NCBI GenBank assembly: GCA_964372935.1
Contig: CAYJRF010000005.1
Span: 1-54,443 of the forward strand
Direction: 5' to 3'
From: an uncultured Candidatus Saccharibacteria bacterium
GTDB taxonomy: Bacteria; Patescibacteriota; UBA1384; 2-12-FULL-50-11; DASWYB01
DNA length: 54,443 nt
The position numbers and the translations under genes were made by a program. Positions 39,192-47,278 of this stretch are shown here, one piece after another (positions within the stretch are counted from its first letter, which is position 1; each line of letters starts with the position of its first letter). The notes below the pieces were generated by a model. It was given only the letters and a program-made list of their open reading frames with translations. It had not been told where the DNA came from and searched no databases.

Positions 39192-39500
39192 ATGACGCGA
39201 ACGGAGGCGGATCGAGACTTTGTCGAGTACGTTGTCAAGGCGATTGTCGACCACCCGGAAGACGTGACGACGGAACGAACAGTAGACGAGCGCGGGGTGC
39301 TGATTAAACTGACCGTTCATCCGGAAGATATGGGAAAGGTGATCGGGAAGGACGGCCGAACCGCCGTGGCCGTTCGCAAGCTTTTGCACATTTTGGGGGC
39401 GAAACATAATGCGCGAGTTAACTTAAAGATCATTGAGCCGGACGGCTCGACCTCCGGCCAGGCCGGCGGCGGGAATCTTGACGAGCCGAGCGCCGATTGA
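39192..39500 (+). CDS. khpA: KH-domain RNA-binding protein (KhpA/YlqC-like)
   Basis: ...LIKLTVHPEDMGKVIGKDGRTAVAVRKLL. Start at 39192 is preceded by AAGGAGG at 39181-39187. Confidence 0.85.
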   Translation: MTRTEADRDFVEYVVKAIVDHPEDVTTERTVDERGVLIKLTVHPEDMGKVIGKDGRTAVAVRKLLHILGAKHNARVNLKIIEPDGSTSGQAGGGNLDEPSAD

Positions 39501-39549
39501 GTGAGCGTTTTCGGCCGGCCAAGCCAGACGGTTATAAGGGGTGTTTATT

Positions 39550-40236
39550 ATGAGAGTAGATATCATAACTCTTTTTCCGGAATATTTCGCTGTGCCACTG
39601 GCAACATCGATTTTGGGTCGGGCGACGGCGTCGAATCGAGTGATTTTTGGCTGTCATGATTTGCGCGCCAGCGCTGATGACGCTCACGGCACGGTTGATG
39701 ACACCCCCTACGGCGGCGGTCCCGGGATGGTTCTGAAGGTCAATGTTGTCAAGGCGGCGCTCGACCGAGTGATTGCCCAAGGCGAGGGCGAGGCTAAGCC
39801 GTTTGTCGTCTTACTGACGCCCCAAGGCCGACAGCTGAACCAGGCCGTCAGTCTCGAATTGAGCCAACAGAGTTGGCTCATCGTTATCTGTGGTCATTAC
39901 GAAGGCTTTGACGAACGAATCCGTCGCTATGTTGATGGGGAAATCAGTATCGGTCCTTACGTCCTGTCGGGTGGGGAGCCGGCGGCGCTGGTTTTAGCTG
40001 ACAGCGTGGTGCGATTATTGCCCGGCGTTACCGGCCACCCGGCCTCAACCCTCGAAGAAAGCTACACCCTCGCTGATGATCGAGGCCGGCTCTTGTTAGA
40101 ATACCCCCAATATACTCGTCCCGAAGAGTTTGACGGCCAAAGCGTACCGGCGGTTTTGCTCTCCGGTCATCACGGCGAAATAGCGCGATGGCGGCTGGAG
40201 CAGGCCAAAAAACGCACCCTGGCCGCCGACGGATAG
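39550..40236 (+). CDS. trmD: tRNA (guanine37-N1)-methyltransferase TrmD
   Basis: MRVDIITLFPEYF...VDDTPYGGGPGMVL...ICGHYEGFDERI. Confidence 0.95.
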   Translation: MRVDIITLFPEYFAVPLATSILGRATASNRVIFGCHDLRASADDAHGTVDDTPYGGGPGMVLKVNVVKAALDRVIAQGEGEAKPFVVLLTPQGRQLNQAVSLELSQQSWLIVICGHYEGFDERIRRYVDGEISIGPYVLSGGEPAALVLADSVVRLLPGVTGHPASTLEESYTLADDRGRLLLEYPQYTRPEEFDGQSVPAVLLSGHHGEIARWRLEQAKKRTLAADG

Positions 40237-40276
40237 GTTGCATTTGGGCTTCGGTCTGTTATGCTAAGGCCAGTTT

Positions 40277-40564
40277 ATGCCGAGTTTGCTAGAATTGTTG
40301 CAACAAGCGCAGAAAGAACTCACCTGTCCAACGTGTGGGCGTCGGTTTATGTTGTCGGAAATCCGTCCGCGTGGCCATGTCAACAACACCCTCATGCTTC
40401 AAGCGGTGTGCTCAAACAATCATTTTCCCATCGTCCTGTTCTTTATTCCCTCCAAGCCATTTACCGACGCCATTACCCCGATTACCAAGGGGGACATTCT
40501 ACGCTTGCGCCAATCACTGGAAGCGTTTGAGGGAGATTTTAAAAAAATCTGGTCCCAAACATAA
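40277..40564 (+). CDS. Small hypothetical protein with a CxxC motif
   Basis: 95 aa, LTCPTCGRRF. It occupies the position usually held by rplS but is not L19-like. Chosen from three overlapping frames. Confidence 0.35.
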   Translation: MPSLLELLQQAQKELTCPTCGRRFMLSEIRPRGHVNNTLMLQAVCSNNHFPIVLFFIPSKPFTDAITPITKGDILRLRQSLEAFEGDFKKIWSQT

Positions 40565-40611
40565 TTGTCCCTTGAAGTGTTCGGCGAATCGGCCTATAAT
40601 AACCGAGTCTC

Positions 40612-41283
40612 ATGGAAACGCCTATTTTACGGGTTGAAACCCGATCGATAATCGGCAAAAAAGTCAAACTCTTGCGACTGCGGGGCCTTGTCCCGGCGGT
40701 GATATACGGTCACGAAGTCGCTAACCAACACGTTGCGGCGCCGCTTTTGGCCTACGAAAAAGTGTTTCATCAAGCCGGGACGAGCGCTCTGGTTGACGTG
40801 GTGGTTGACGACCGTCCGCCCATCAAGGTGCTTTTGCACGAGCCGCAATATCATCCCACAAAAGGCGTGCCGCTCCACGCCGACCTTTATGCCGTCAAAA
40901 TGACCGAAAAACTTCAGACGGAAATCCCGCTCCATTTTATTGGCGAGTCCGAAGCGGTTGAAACCTTGGGCGGGACGTTGTCCACCCCCCTCGATACCGT
41001 CCAAGTCGAGTGCTACCCGGACAAACTGGTGCCGGCGATTGACGTTGATGTTGCCTCTCTTAAAATATTTGACGACGTTATCCGTGTGAGCGATATCGTG
41101 GTGCCGTCTGGCATCGCGATTCTTAACGAGCCGGCGGAAGTCGTGGCCATTGTCATCGAGCCGCGAAGCGAAGAGGAGCTGGCGGCGCTGGAAGAGGTTG
41201 CCGTGGGCGAGGCCGCCGACAAAGCGGCGGTTGAGGCGGTGGAAGTCGAACAAAAAGACCGCGAAGACGAGGCCGCGGAATAG
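40612..41283 (+). CDS. rplY: 50S ribosomal protein L25 / general stress protein Ctc (long form)
   Basis: LRLRGLVPAVIYGH...VLLHEPQYHP, a two-domain L25, and an acidic tail. Confidence 0.9.
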   Translation: METPILRVETRSIIGKKVKLLRLRGLVPAVIYGHEVANQHVAAPLLAYEKVFHQAGTSALVDVVVDDRPPIKVLLHEPQYHPTKGVPLHADLYAVKMTEKLQTEIPLHFIGESEAVETLGGTLSTPLDTVQVECYPDKLVPAIDVDVASLKIFDDVIRVSDIVVPSGIAILNEPAEVVAIVIEPRSEEELAALEEVAVGEAADKAAVEAVEVEQKDREDEAAE

Positions 41284-41315
41284 ACAATGCCCCGAGGCGC
41301 GCCTCGGGGCATTGT
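41284..41315. terminator. Perfect 32-nt palindrome immediately after the rplY stop
   Basis: acaatgccccgaggcg/cgcctcggggcattgt forms a GC-rich hairpin. An A7 run follows on the plus strand, so it is not a canonical U-tract terminator for rplY. Confidence 0.45.
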
Positions 41316-41361
41316 GGGAAAAAAATAGTGTGTTAGCTGGTTTAATGGCTTTCCATCACCT

Positions 41362-41556
41362 TTAGTAGGAGATGGCCAACTCGCCGCCTCGGCGGGTTTC
41401 TATACAGAGAGTCGGTCCCTGGCGACCAAGACTTGGAGCGGCTTCTTGATTCCGTGATGCCGGATCGGGGGCTTTTTTCGCCCGCTCGCCCGCCGCTCGC
41501 TCGCGATCCGCGTGACGTTGCGCGGTTCTACGCTGTCTTTCACGATGCTCTCCCAT
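41362..41556 (-). CDS. Small, highly basic Arg/Glu-rich protein (64 aa)
   Basis: AAGGAGG (41568-41574) lies 11 nt upstream of the ATG. It sits 54 nt downstream of smpB on the same strand. No family recognised. Confidence 0.3.
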   Translation of the reverse strand: MGEHRERQRRTAQRHADRERAAGERAKKAPDPASRNQEAAPSLGRQGPTLCIETRRGGELAISY

Positions 41557-41610
41557 CTTTCTTTCTTCCTCCTTAAAACCAGCCCAACAGAATAAATTCT
41601 AGCTAGTTGG

Positions 41611-42111
41611 TCAAGGTTTGTCAACTGGTCGGGACCGTCGGTGAGGCGCGTTGCTCTCGGCCAGCGAGCGGGCGATGTCGCGCGCGGTGTCACGGGCGCG
41701 GATTTTATGGCGCTTTTCATATTCCTTAGTCCCGCGCGAGATTGCCAGAAGCAATTTTGCCCGTCCGCGCTTCAGATAGACTTTTTGAGGTATTAAAGTC
41801 AGACCTTTTTGTTGAACCAGTCCAATCAGACGGTTAATTTCTTGGCGGTGCGCCAAGAGTTTTAGGCTCCGTTGCGGCTCCTCGGTTTGGGCAATCGAGG
41901 CTCCAACCAACCACAGCTCGGGCTGACGCTGTCCGCGCAGAATCCGGCCATAACTGCCGTCCAGATGCATTAGTCCGGCGCGCACGGCCTTAATTTCCCG
42001 TCCGGTCATCACCAAACCAACTTCCAGCGTGTCAATCGTCTGGTAGTTAAAATTGGCTTGTTTATTCTTGACAACCCTTGGCCGCGACCGCTCCGGTTTC
42101 ATGCATCCCAT
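41611..42111 (-). CDS. smpB: SsrA-binding protein SmpB
   Basis: NKQANFNYQ...EVGLVMTGREIKAVRAG...LKLLAHRQEI...KGLTLIPQKVYL. Confidence 0.93.
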   Translation of the reverse strand: MGCMKPERSRPRVVKNKQANFNYQTIDTLEVGLVMTGREIKAVRAGLMHLDGSYGRILRGQRQPELWLVGASIAQTEEPQRSLKLLAHRQEINRLIGLVQQKGLTLIPQKVYLKRGRAKLLLAISRGTKEYEKRHKIRARDTARDIARSLAESNAPHRRSRPVDKP

Positions 42112-42147
42112 TATACATTGGTCTTGAGGGTGTGATAATGTCGGGTT

Positions 42148-42783
42148 ATGAAGAGTGGCCGATTTATCATCTTTGAGGGTCTCGACGGGTCAGGTCAAAC
42201 AACCCAAGTCGATTTGCTGGCTGTGCGGCTGAAAGGCGACGGGCATAAAGTATTAGTCACTAAAGAACCGACCAATAATCTCGTCGGCGGGTTAATCCGC
42301 GGCGCCTTGACAGGCGAATGGCGCCCATCCAATCAGATAATTCAACTCCTTTACGCCGCCGATCGCGGTCATCATTTGGAACGAGAGATTCTGCCGGCGC
42401 TGGCTAAAGGGTTTATTGTCATATCGGATCGCTATTTTTTTTCTTCAATCGCTTTCGGTTCACTCAATTGCGATACTGACTGGCTAAAAGCCCTGAACCG
42501 AAACTATCCTCAACCGGACCACGCTTTTTATGTTCGCGTGTCGCCCCAGACCGCTCTGAAACGGATTCGCGCCGGTCGCTTCGAGTTTGAGCTGTTCGAA
42601 AAAGAGCAACAATTGACTTTAGTGGCGGCGGCTTACGAAGAGCTCATTCGCGACAACGCTAATTTCTATGCCGTGGACGGCGAACAGCCTATCGAGGCAG
42701 TTCACGAAGCGATCTATCGCTTGTGTTGCGATCGCTTGATTCGCTATTGTCCGTTACCGACTGTCCAGGCCTCCTCGGCCTAA
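42148..42783 (+). CDS. tmk: Thymidylate kinase
   Basis: FIIFEGLDGSGQTTQ P-loop and a DRY-type motif (SDRYFFSS). Confidence 0.92.
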   Translation: MKSGRFIIFEGLDGSGQTTQVDLLAVRLKGDGHKVLVTKEPTNNLVGGLIRGALTGEWRPSNQIIQLLYAADRGHHLEREILPALAKGFIVISDRYFFSSIAFGSLNCDTDWLKALNRNYPQPDHAFYVRVSPQTALKRIRAGRFEFELFEKEQQLTLVAAAYEELIRDNANFYAVDGEQPIEAVHEAIYRLCCDRLIRYCPLPTVQASSA

Positions 42784-44411
42784 AATAAGGCGGGAGTTTC
42801 GTCGAGACGCTTCAAACCGAGGGCTAAGAGCTTGGATTCCTGGCGACTCTCGGCCTTTAATCGAGTCATCTCGGCATTTTCCGACCAATCCACCAGCATT
42901 CCTTGACCGATCGCCGGATGAACTTCGCGGATCCGGCGGGCGATTTCTTGGGCGATATAGCGATAACTCCAGTGGCCTTGAATCGTGCTGCGCAGTTCGC
43001 ACAAATGGTAGGCTTCGCGGGCGTTCATTTTCATGTTGAATCGGATGAGATAGCCGAAGGGAGTAATGTATTGAGCCTCGTGGGGAAACTTAGCGGCTAG
43101 CTTAAAGTAGGCCCGCTGCGCCGAGTCCATGGCTTGGCGATACCGGTCTTTGGCGCCGATTTTGGCAATATCCTCCGGCACGACGTAGCCGAGATTCGGA
43201 TGATAGGTCTGGCGCTGTTGGGTTAACATGCGATGGCGGTGCAAATCGCGGAAAGCGCCGATGTCGCACACGATGTCGAAAGTGTAGCTGGCGTGTTCAA
43301 AGGCGCGCGACACTTTGTGGGTACGGTGGCCGCGCAAGGGCAAAGCGCCGCGTATAATCGCTCGGATGTAGTCTTTGGCTTCCGTAGCCAGGGCGGCGTG
43401 TAGATCGCTCAACGGTCGCTGGCTGGACTCGAACATCATCGCCGCTGCCACGCGCGTTTCGCCGTCTTTGTCAAAATGAGCCAGTTCCACCCCCATGCGT
43501 GTCATGGCCGCCGGAGGCATATCGGGCTGGGGCGCGGCATGCTCATAAGCGGAGCGCGATTTAAGGTAAGCCACGCTTTGCTCGCCGCGTTCGGTTTCGA
43601 TCCGCCGGACAAAAGCCGGCAGGACCAGCCGCAATTCCGCCAGAAGATCGCGGGCAACAACGTGGGCTTCGAGAAATGGGGTGGCGAGAAGACACTGGAT
43701 GACATATTCGAACGCTCGACCGTTACCCACCAGGCCAACATTCGTTAGGGTTCCCATGGGCAGGAGATACCGCGCCACGTCGCAGGCCTGGGCCCTAATA
43801 GCGGCGGCGTAAGCGGTTTCGCTTTGATCCGGCTGGCGGGGAAAGCGGGTGGCAAAGTGGGCTTTGAGCGGATCGATCAGGGCGCCGTAGGTGTCAAACA
43901 GCAAGTCCATAGCGGCGGCGTAAACTTTGCCGAGGGCGGACTTCATGACGTTGGGCGGTCGGTAGTAGGCGTACTGGCCGTGGGCGTCTTTTTGATTAAA
44001 ATTGACGTAACGACTCGACTTTTCGAGTGGGTTGAGACCGATTCGTCGGTCCTCAATCAGCTTGGCGACAACATTGCTGACCTTCTCGACGGCGATGTGG
44101 GTAATTCCGAGCTCGGCCACCGAATCATCCCCGTATTGAACGAGAACTCGGTCATAGAACGCTTCGGCTTTGGCCGGATCCGCCAAGGGAGAATCGTCAG
44201 TTTTCGGGATGTTATATGCGCCGGCGATGCGTTTGAACTCGGCGTCGCCAAAAAATTTTTGAATCAATATCTCGCGGGCCGAAAGAGTCGAGCGACTGTA
44301 GGCGGCAAAAACAGCTCCCATCACGACTTGGGGAAGATTTTTTAAGCCGTAAACGTTTCGGTCTAGGTTGGTAACAAAATGGGCTAACAGGGCTTGCTCG
44401 CGATTATTCAT
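42780..44411 (-). CDS. thyX: Long-form (tandem-domain) FAD-dependent thymidylate synthase ThyX
   Basis: 543 aa. The N-half has ...EDRRIGLNPLEKSSRY (degenerate RHR, SxRY retained). The C-half has DLHRHRMLTQQRQ (RHR retained) and ...YHLCELRSTIQGHWSYRYIAQEI. Confidence 0.85.
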   Translation of the reverse strand: MNNREQALLAHFVTNLDRNVYGLKNLPQVVMGAVFAAYSRSTLSAREILIQKFFGDAEFKRIAGAYNIPKTDDSPLADPAKAEAFYDRVLVQYGDDSVAELGITHIAVEKVSNVVAKLIEDRRIGLNPLEKSSRYVNFNQKDAHGQYAYYRPPNVMKSALGKVYAAAMDLLFDTYGALIDPLKAHFATRFPRQPDQSETAYAAAIRAQACDVARYLLPMGTLTNVGLVGNGRAFEYVIQCLLATPFLEAHVVARDLLAELRLVLPAFVRRIETERGEQSVAYLKSRSAYEHAAPQPDMPPAAMTRMGVELAHFDKDGETRVAAAMMFESSQRPLSDLHAALATEAKDYIRAIIRGALPLRGHRTHKVSRAFEHASYTFDIVCDIGAFRDLHRHRMLTQQRQTYHPNLGYVVPEDIAKIGAKDRYRQAMDSAQRAYFKLAAKFPHEAQYITPFGYLIRFNMKMNAREAYHLCELRSTIQGHWSYRYIAQEIARRIREVHPAIGQGMLVDWSENAEMTRLKAESRQESKLLALGLKRLDETPALF

Positions 44412-44421
44412 GACATTGGCT

Positions 44422-45246
44422 TTATTTCGGCGATACCCGATTAACCACTTTGGCCGTTGCCGGTTGACGAATCTCGCGGTCCAAATACATTCGCGGCAAC
44501 ATCATTGACGGGTGCCATTCCTTCATCATCGTGGCAATTTCGTTCGTAGTTTGGTATTTGCTATTTCGGCCGTAGAGCGGTTGAGCCACCCCTTCGGTCT
44601 TAAAAAACAGGATTTGGGCAATGCGTCGTCCGACGACCAACGGAATCTGGTATTTCGAGGAGTTGTTGGTAATTTCCATCGTCCAGCGATTGCAGTAACC
44701 CACGTCGCCCAGTCCGGCGCACTTGCACACCTCAATAAAATTGCGGCCGGTGCTGGATCGGGCCTTCATCATCGTGGTGATTTTGTCGTCTGTGCCGCCG
44801 ATAAACTCGTGGGTATGAGCCAGAATGGTTTCGCCCGGATCGAGAACGATGATGAACATGTCGTCGTCAATGTTTTCTAGCGGGTATTGATGGTTGTGTT
44901 TGCGCCAGTCTCGCACCAGTATCGCTTCATGGTAGTCGTCTTGGCCGCCCCAAACCCGACCGACATCGCTTTTCGAGTAGGGATTGTAGAATGAGAGCCC
45001 GCCGGCGTCGCGATTCTCGCGGTAATAATGCGGGCCGAGAGTAACATCATACGATCCGGTTCCGAGATTGTTGAGATTGAATGGCTCAATTAAGATATGG
45101 CTGGCGTCTCGCTCACGCAAAATCGCTCGATCGCTTAAATAGGACCATGTGGACGGAATTTCGGCTTTGACCAAATTGATCAGTAATTGACTCAACTGGT
45201 CGCCGGCTTTCGGGTTAACTTTTGGAGCGAGGTTGTCTTCCGCCAT
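44422..45246 (-). CDS. dcd: dCTP deaminase family protein (long form)
   Basis: YLSDRAIL...IEPF...GSYDVTLG...LDPGETILAHTHEFIG...ARSSTGRNFIEV...WTMEITNN...IAQILFF. Start at 45246 is preceded by AGGAGG. 10-nt gap to thyX. Confidence 0.85.
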   Translation of the reverse strand: MAEDNLAPKVNPKAGDQLSQLLINLVKAEIPSTWSYLSDRAILRERDASHILIEPFNLNNLGTGSYDVTLGPHYYRENRDAGGLSFYNPYSKSDVGRVWGGQDDYHEAILVRDWRKHNHQYPLENIDDDMFIIVLDPGETILAHTHEFIGGTDDKITTMMKARSSTGRNFIEVCKCAGLGDVGYCNRWTMEITNNSSKYQIPLVVGRRIAQILFFKTEGVAQPLYGRNSKYQTTNEIATMMKEWHPSMMLPRMYLDREIRQPATAKVVNRVSPK

Positions 45247-45358
45247 GGGCCTCCTAATTGGGTTTACCAAAACATAGGCGGCTGGTGATGTCAAATAACT
45301 GTATGCGTCCATAACATTGGCGGACGGCCGGTGTTAATCAATTGACGCGTCTGTTACG

Positions 45359-46612
45359 ATGACTGCGAGGTTAGCCGTGGCTCAAAACGACACCATATTT
45401 GATTTGATCACCAAGGAATACGCCCGCCAGCAATCGTCGCTGACGCTGATTCCGAGTGAAAATTACGTCTCGCCGGCGGTTCAGGTCGCCCAAGCCAGCT
45501 GTTTTACCAACAAGTACGCCGAAGGCTACCCGGGTAGACGATATTACGGCGGGACACAGTGGTGCGATGCTCTCGAAACGTTTTGCCAACAGCAGGCGCG
45601 GGCCGTTTTTCAGACCGATTATTTTGTTAACGTCCAGGGCTATTCGGGGTCGCCGGCTAATTTGGCGGTCTATTTCGCTCTTTTGGAAATAGGCGATGTC
45701 ATCATGGGGATGAATTTAAGCGCCGGGGGACATTTAACTCACGGTCACAGGGTGAGTGCCAGCGGGACGATTTTTCGCGCCGTCCAGTATGGCGTTGACG
45801 CCGCCAGTCACCAGCTTGATTACGACGCCATCGCCGCTTTGGCTCAGGAGCATCGTCCCAAATTGATTGTCGCCGGCGCGACCGCCTACTCTCGGGCGAT
45901 TGATTTTGATCGTTTGGGGGCGATTGCCAAGTCGGTGGGGGCATATTTACTGGCCGACATATCCCATATCAGTGGCTTAGTCGCCACCGATTTACATCCC
46001 TCGCCTTTTGGCCACGCCGACGTTGTCATGACCACGACTCACAAGATGCTTCGCGGACCGCGCGGGGCTCTGCTATTTTGTCGCGACGAAGAGATTGCCG
46101 CCAAGATAAACAAAGCCATTTTTCCCGGCCTCCAAGGCGGGCCGCATCTCCACACTATCGCCGCTATCGCCCAGTGTCTGTCGGAGGCTTTGGCGCCGGC
46201 GTATGCCAAGTATTGTCGCGCCCTGGTGGCTAACGCGCAAGCCATGACCGATGTTCTCACGAAGCGTGGTCTGACGGTCGTCACCGGTGGAACAGACAAC
46301 CATCTTTGGCTTATGGACCTGCGGCCGAACAATTTGACCGGCCAAGAAGCGCAAGAGATGCTCGAGGGCTACAACATTGTCGCCAATAAGAACGCCATTC
46401 CGTTCGATCCCGCCGGACCGTTTAAGCCGTCGGGACTGCGCCTAGGAACGCCGGCCGTAACCACCCGCGGTCTGACGGTGAAAGACTGTCAAGTATTGGC
46501 CGAAACTATCGTTAAAATCATCAACCGCCAATCGTTGTCTCGGGCGAGCTTAACCAAACTGATCGCCGATCATCCGATTCCCACCTCCGGCTTGGTCACG
46601 GCGACAGGTTGA
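45359..46612 (+). CDS. glyA: Serine hydroxymethyltransferase
   Basis: LIPSENYVSPAV...YAEGYPGRRYYGG...TTTHKMLRGPRG (PLP Lys). Confidence 0.97.
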   Translation: MTARLAVAQNDTIFDLITKEYARQQSSLTLIPSENYVSPAVQVAQASCFTNKYAEGYPGRRYYGGTQWCDALETFCQQQARAVFQTDYFVNVQGYSGSPANLAVYFALLEIGDVIMGMNLSAGGHLTHGHRVSASGTIFRAVQYGVDAASHQLDYDAIAALAQEHRPKLIVAGATAYSRAIDFDRLGAIAKSVGAYLLADISHISGLVATDLHPSPFGHADVVMTTTHKMLRGPRGALLFCRDEEIAAKINKAIFPGLQGGPHLHTIAAIAQCLSEALAPAYAKYCRALVANAQAMTDVLTKRGLTVVTGGTDNHLWLMDLRPNNLTGQEAQEMLEGYNIVANKNAIPFDPAGPFKPSGLRLGTPAVTTRGLTVKDCQVLAETIVKIINRQSLSRASLTKLIADHPIPTSGLVTATG

Positions 46613-46867
46613 CGGCCAATGCTCTTGAGAGAAAATTTGGCTAGATAATCGTGAGATATCGCCTCGAGATATGTTACGACCTTGCCGGAATTAAGGACGA
46701 CTTCAACCCCGGCCAAGCTTGGAGTTGGCGCAAAAATCGGCCATAGATTGCCTTCACGGCTTGGTTAGGCGCCGCCGCCGTGCCGTCAACGCCGCAAGAG
46801 ATTAGCCGCAGGGTCGGTTCATTAGAGTACATGAAACTATTTTACTCGGTTAGGGTTAAAAATAAAT

Positions 46868-46891
46868 GACCCGCGCTGTCTCGCGCGGGTC
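46868..46891 (-). terminator. Rho-independent terminator for the 89-aa gene
   Basis: Stem gacccgcgc/gcgcgggtc with a 6-nt loop. On the minus strand it is followed by ATTTATTTTT. Confidence 0.6.
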
Positions 46892-46911
46892 GAACACGGC
46901 CGATATCGCCC

Positions 46912-47181
46912 TTACCCGACAGCGAGCGACGCTCGCGTCCCAGCTCCCTCGGTGTTCGCTGGGCGATCTGTTGAAGTCGGGTCGGGCGGACAGTGCCGAC
47001 TCACCATTTCCGGGGTAATCTTGATGCTACCCCGCGGTGTTCTTTGCCACTCTTCCATCATGGCGGCGCACAGGTCATCCATTTCCCTCTGGGAAGGAGA
47101 ACGCTCCATAGCGCGATGAAACGCCTCAACCGCCTCCGACCGGACGTTGCATAGTTGGCGCAGTTCGGATTCGGAACCCAC
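46912..47181 (-). CDS. Hypothetical 89-aa protein with good expression signals
   Basis: GTG start is preceded by GGAGGTGA at 6-nt spacing and the gene is followed by a terminator. No family recognised. Confidence 0.5.
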   Translation of the reverse strand: MGSESELRQLCNVRSEAVEAFHRAMERSPSQREMDDLCAAMMEEWQRTPRGSIKITPEMVSRHCPPDPTSTDRPANTEGAGTRASLAVG

Positions 47182-47241
47182 TTTGTATCACCTCCCGCTG
47201 GTCGTGCCGTTCCACTCTTAGGACTATACCACAATTGATTG

Positions 47242-47270
47242 TTGAACGCCCGCGCCAATAGCGATACACT
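47242..47270 (+). promoter_or_regulatory. Sigma70-like promoter abutting the thrS start (leaderless-type)
   Basis: TTGAAC, a 17-nt spacer, TACACT, then 8 nt to the ATG at 47279. No SD. Confidence 0.35.
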
Positions 47271-47278
47271 ACGACTAT

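Noticed and set aside
40261-40637. Three overlapping plus-strand ORFs downstream of trmD
   Set aside because: Only one can be real. I kept 40277..40564 (balanced composition, CxxC motif) at low confidence. The other two frames are Ser/Pro/Cys-rich and overlap the rplY start.
41317-41610. Possible tmRNA (ssrA) next to smpB
   Set aside because: Neither strand shows a GGTTCGAxTCC-type T-loop, a tRNA-like acceptor or 3' CCA context, or a GGGG(C/A)TGA-type 5' end by eye. A covariance-model scan would be decisive.
46674-46832. 52-codon minus-strand ORF in the glyA to 89-aa gene spacer
   Set aside because: It lies downstream of the terminator at 46868-46891, has no SD and resembles no known family.
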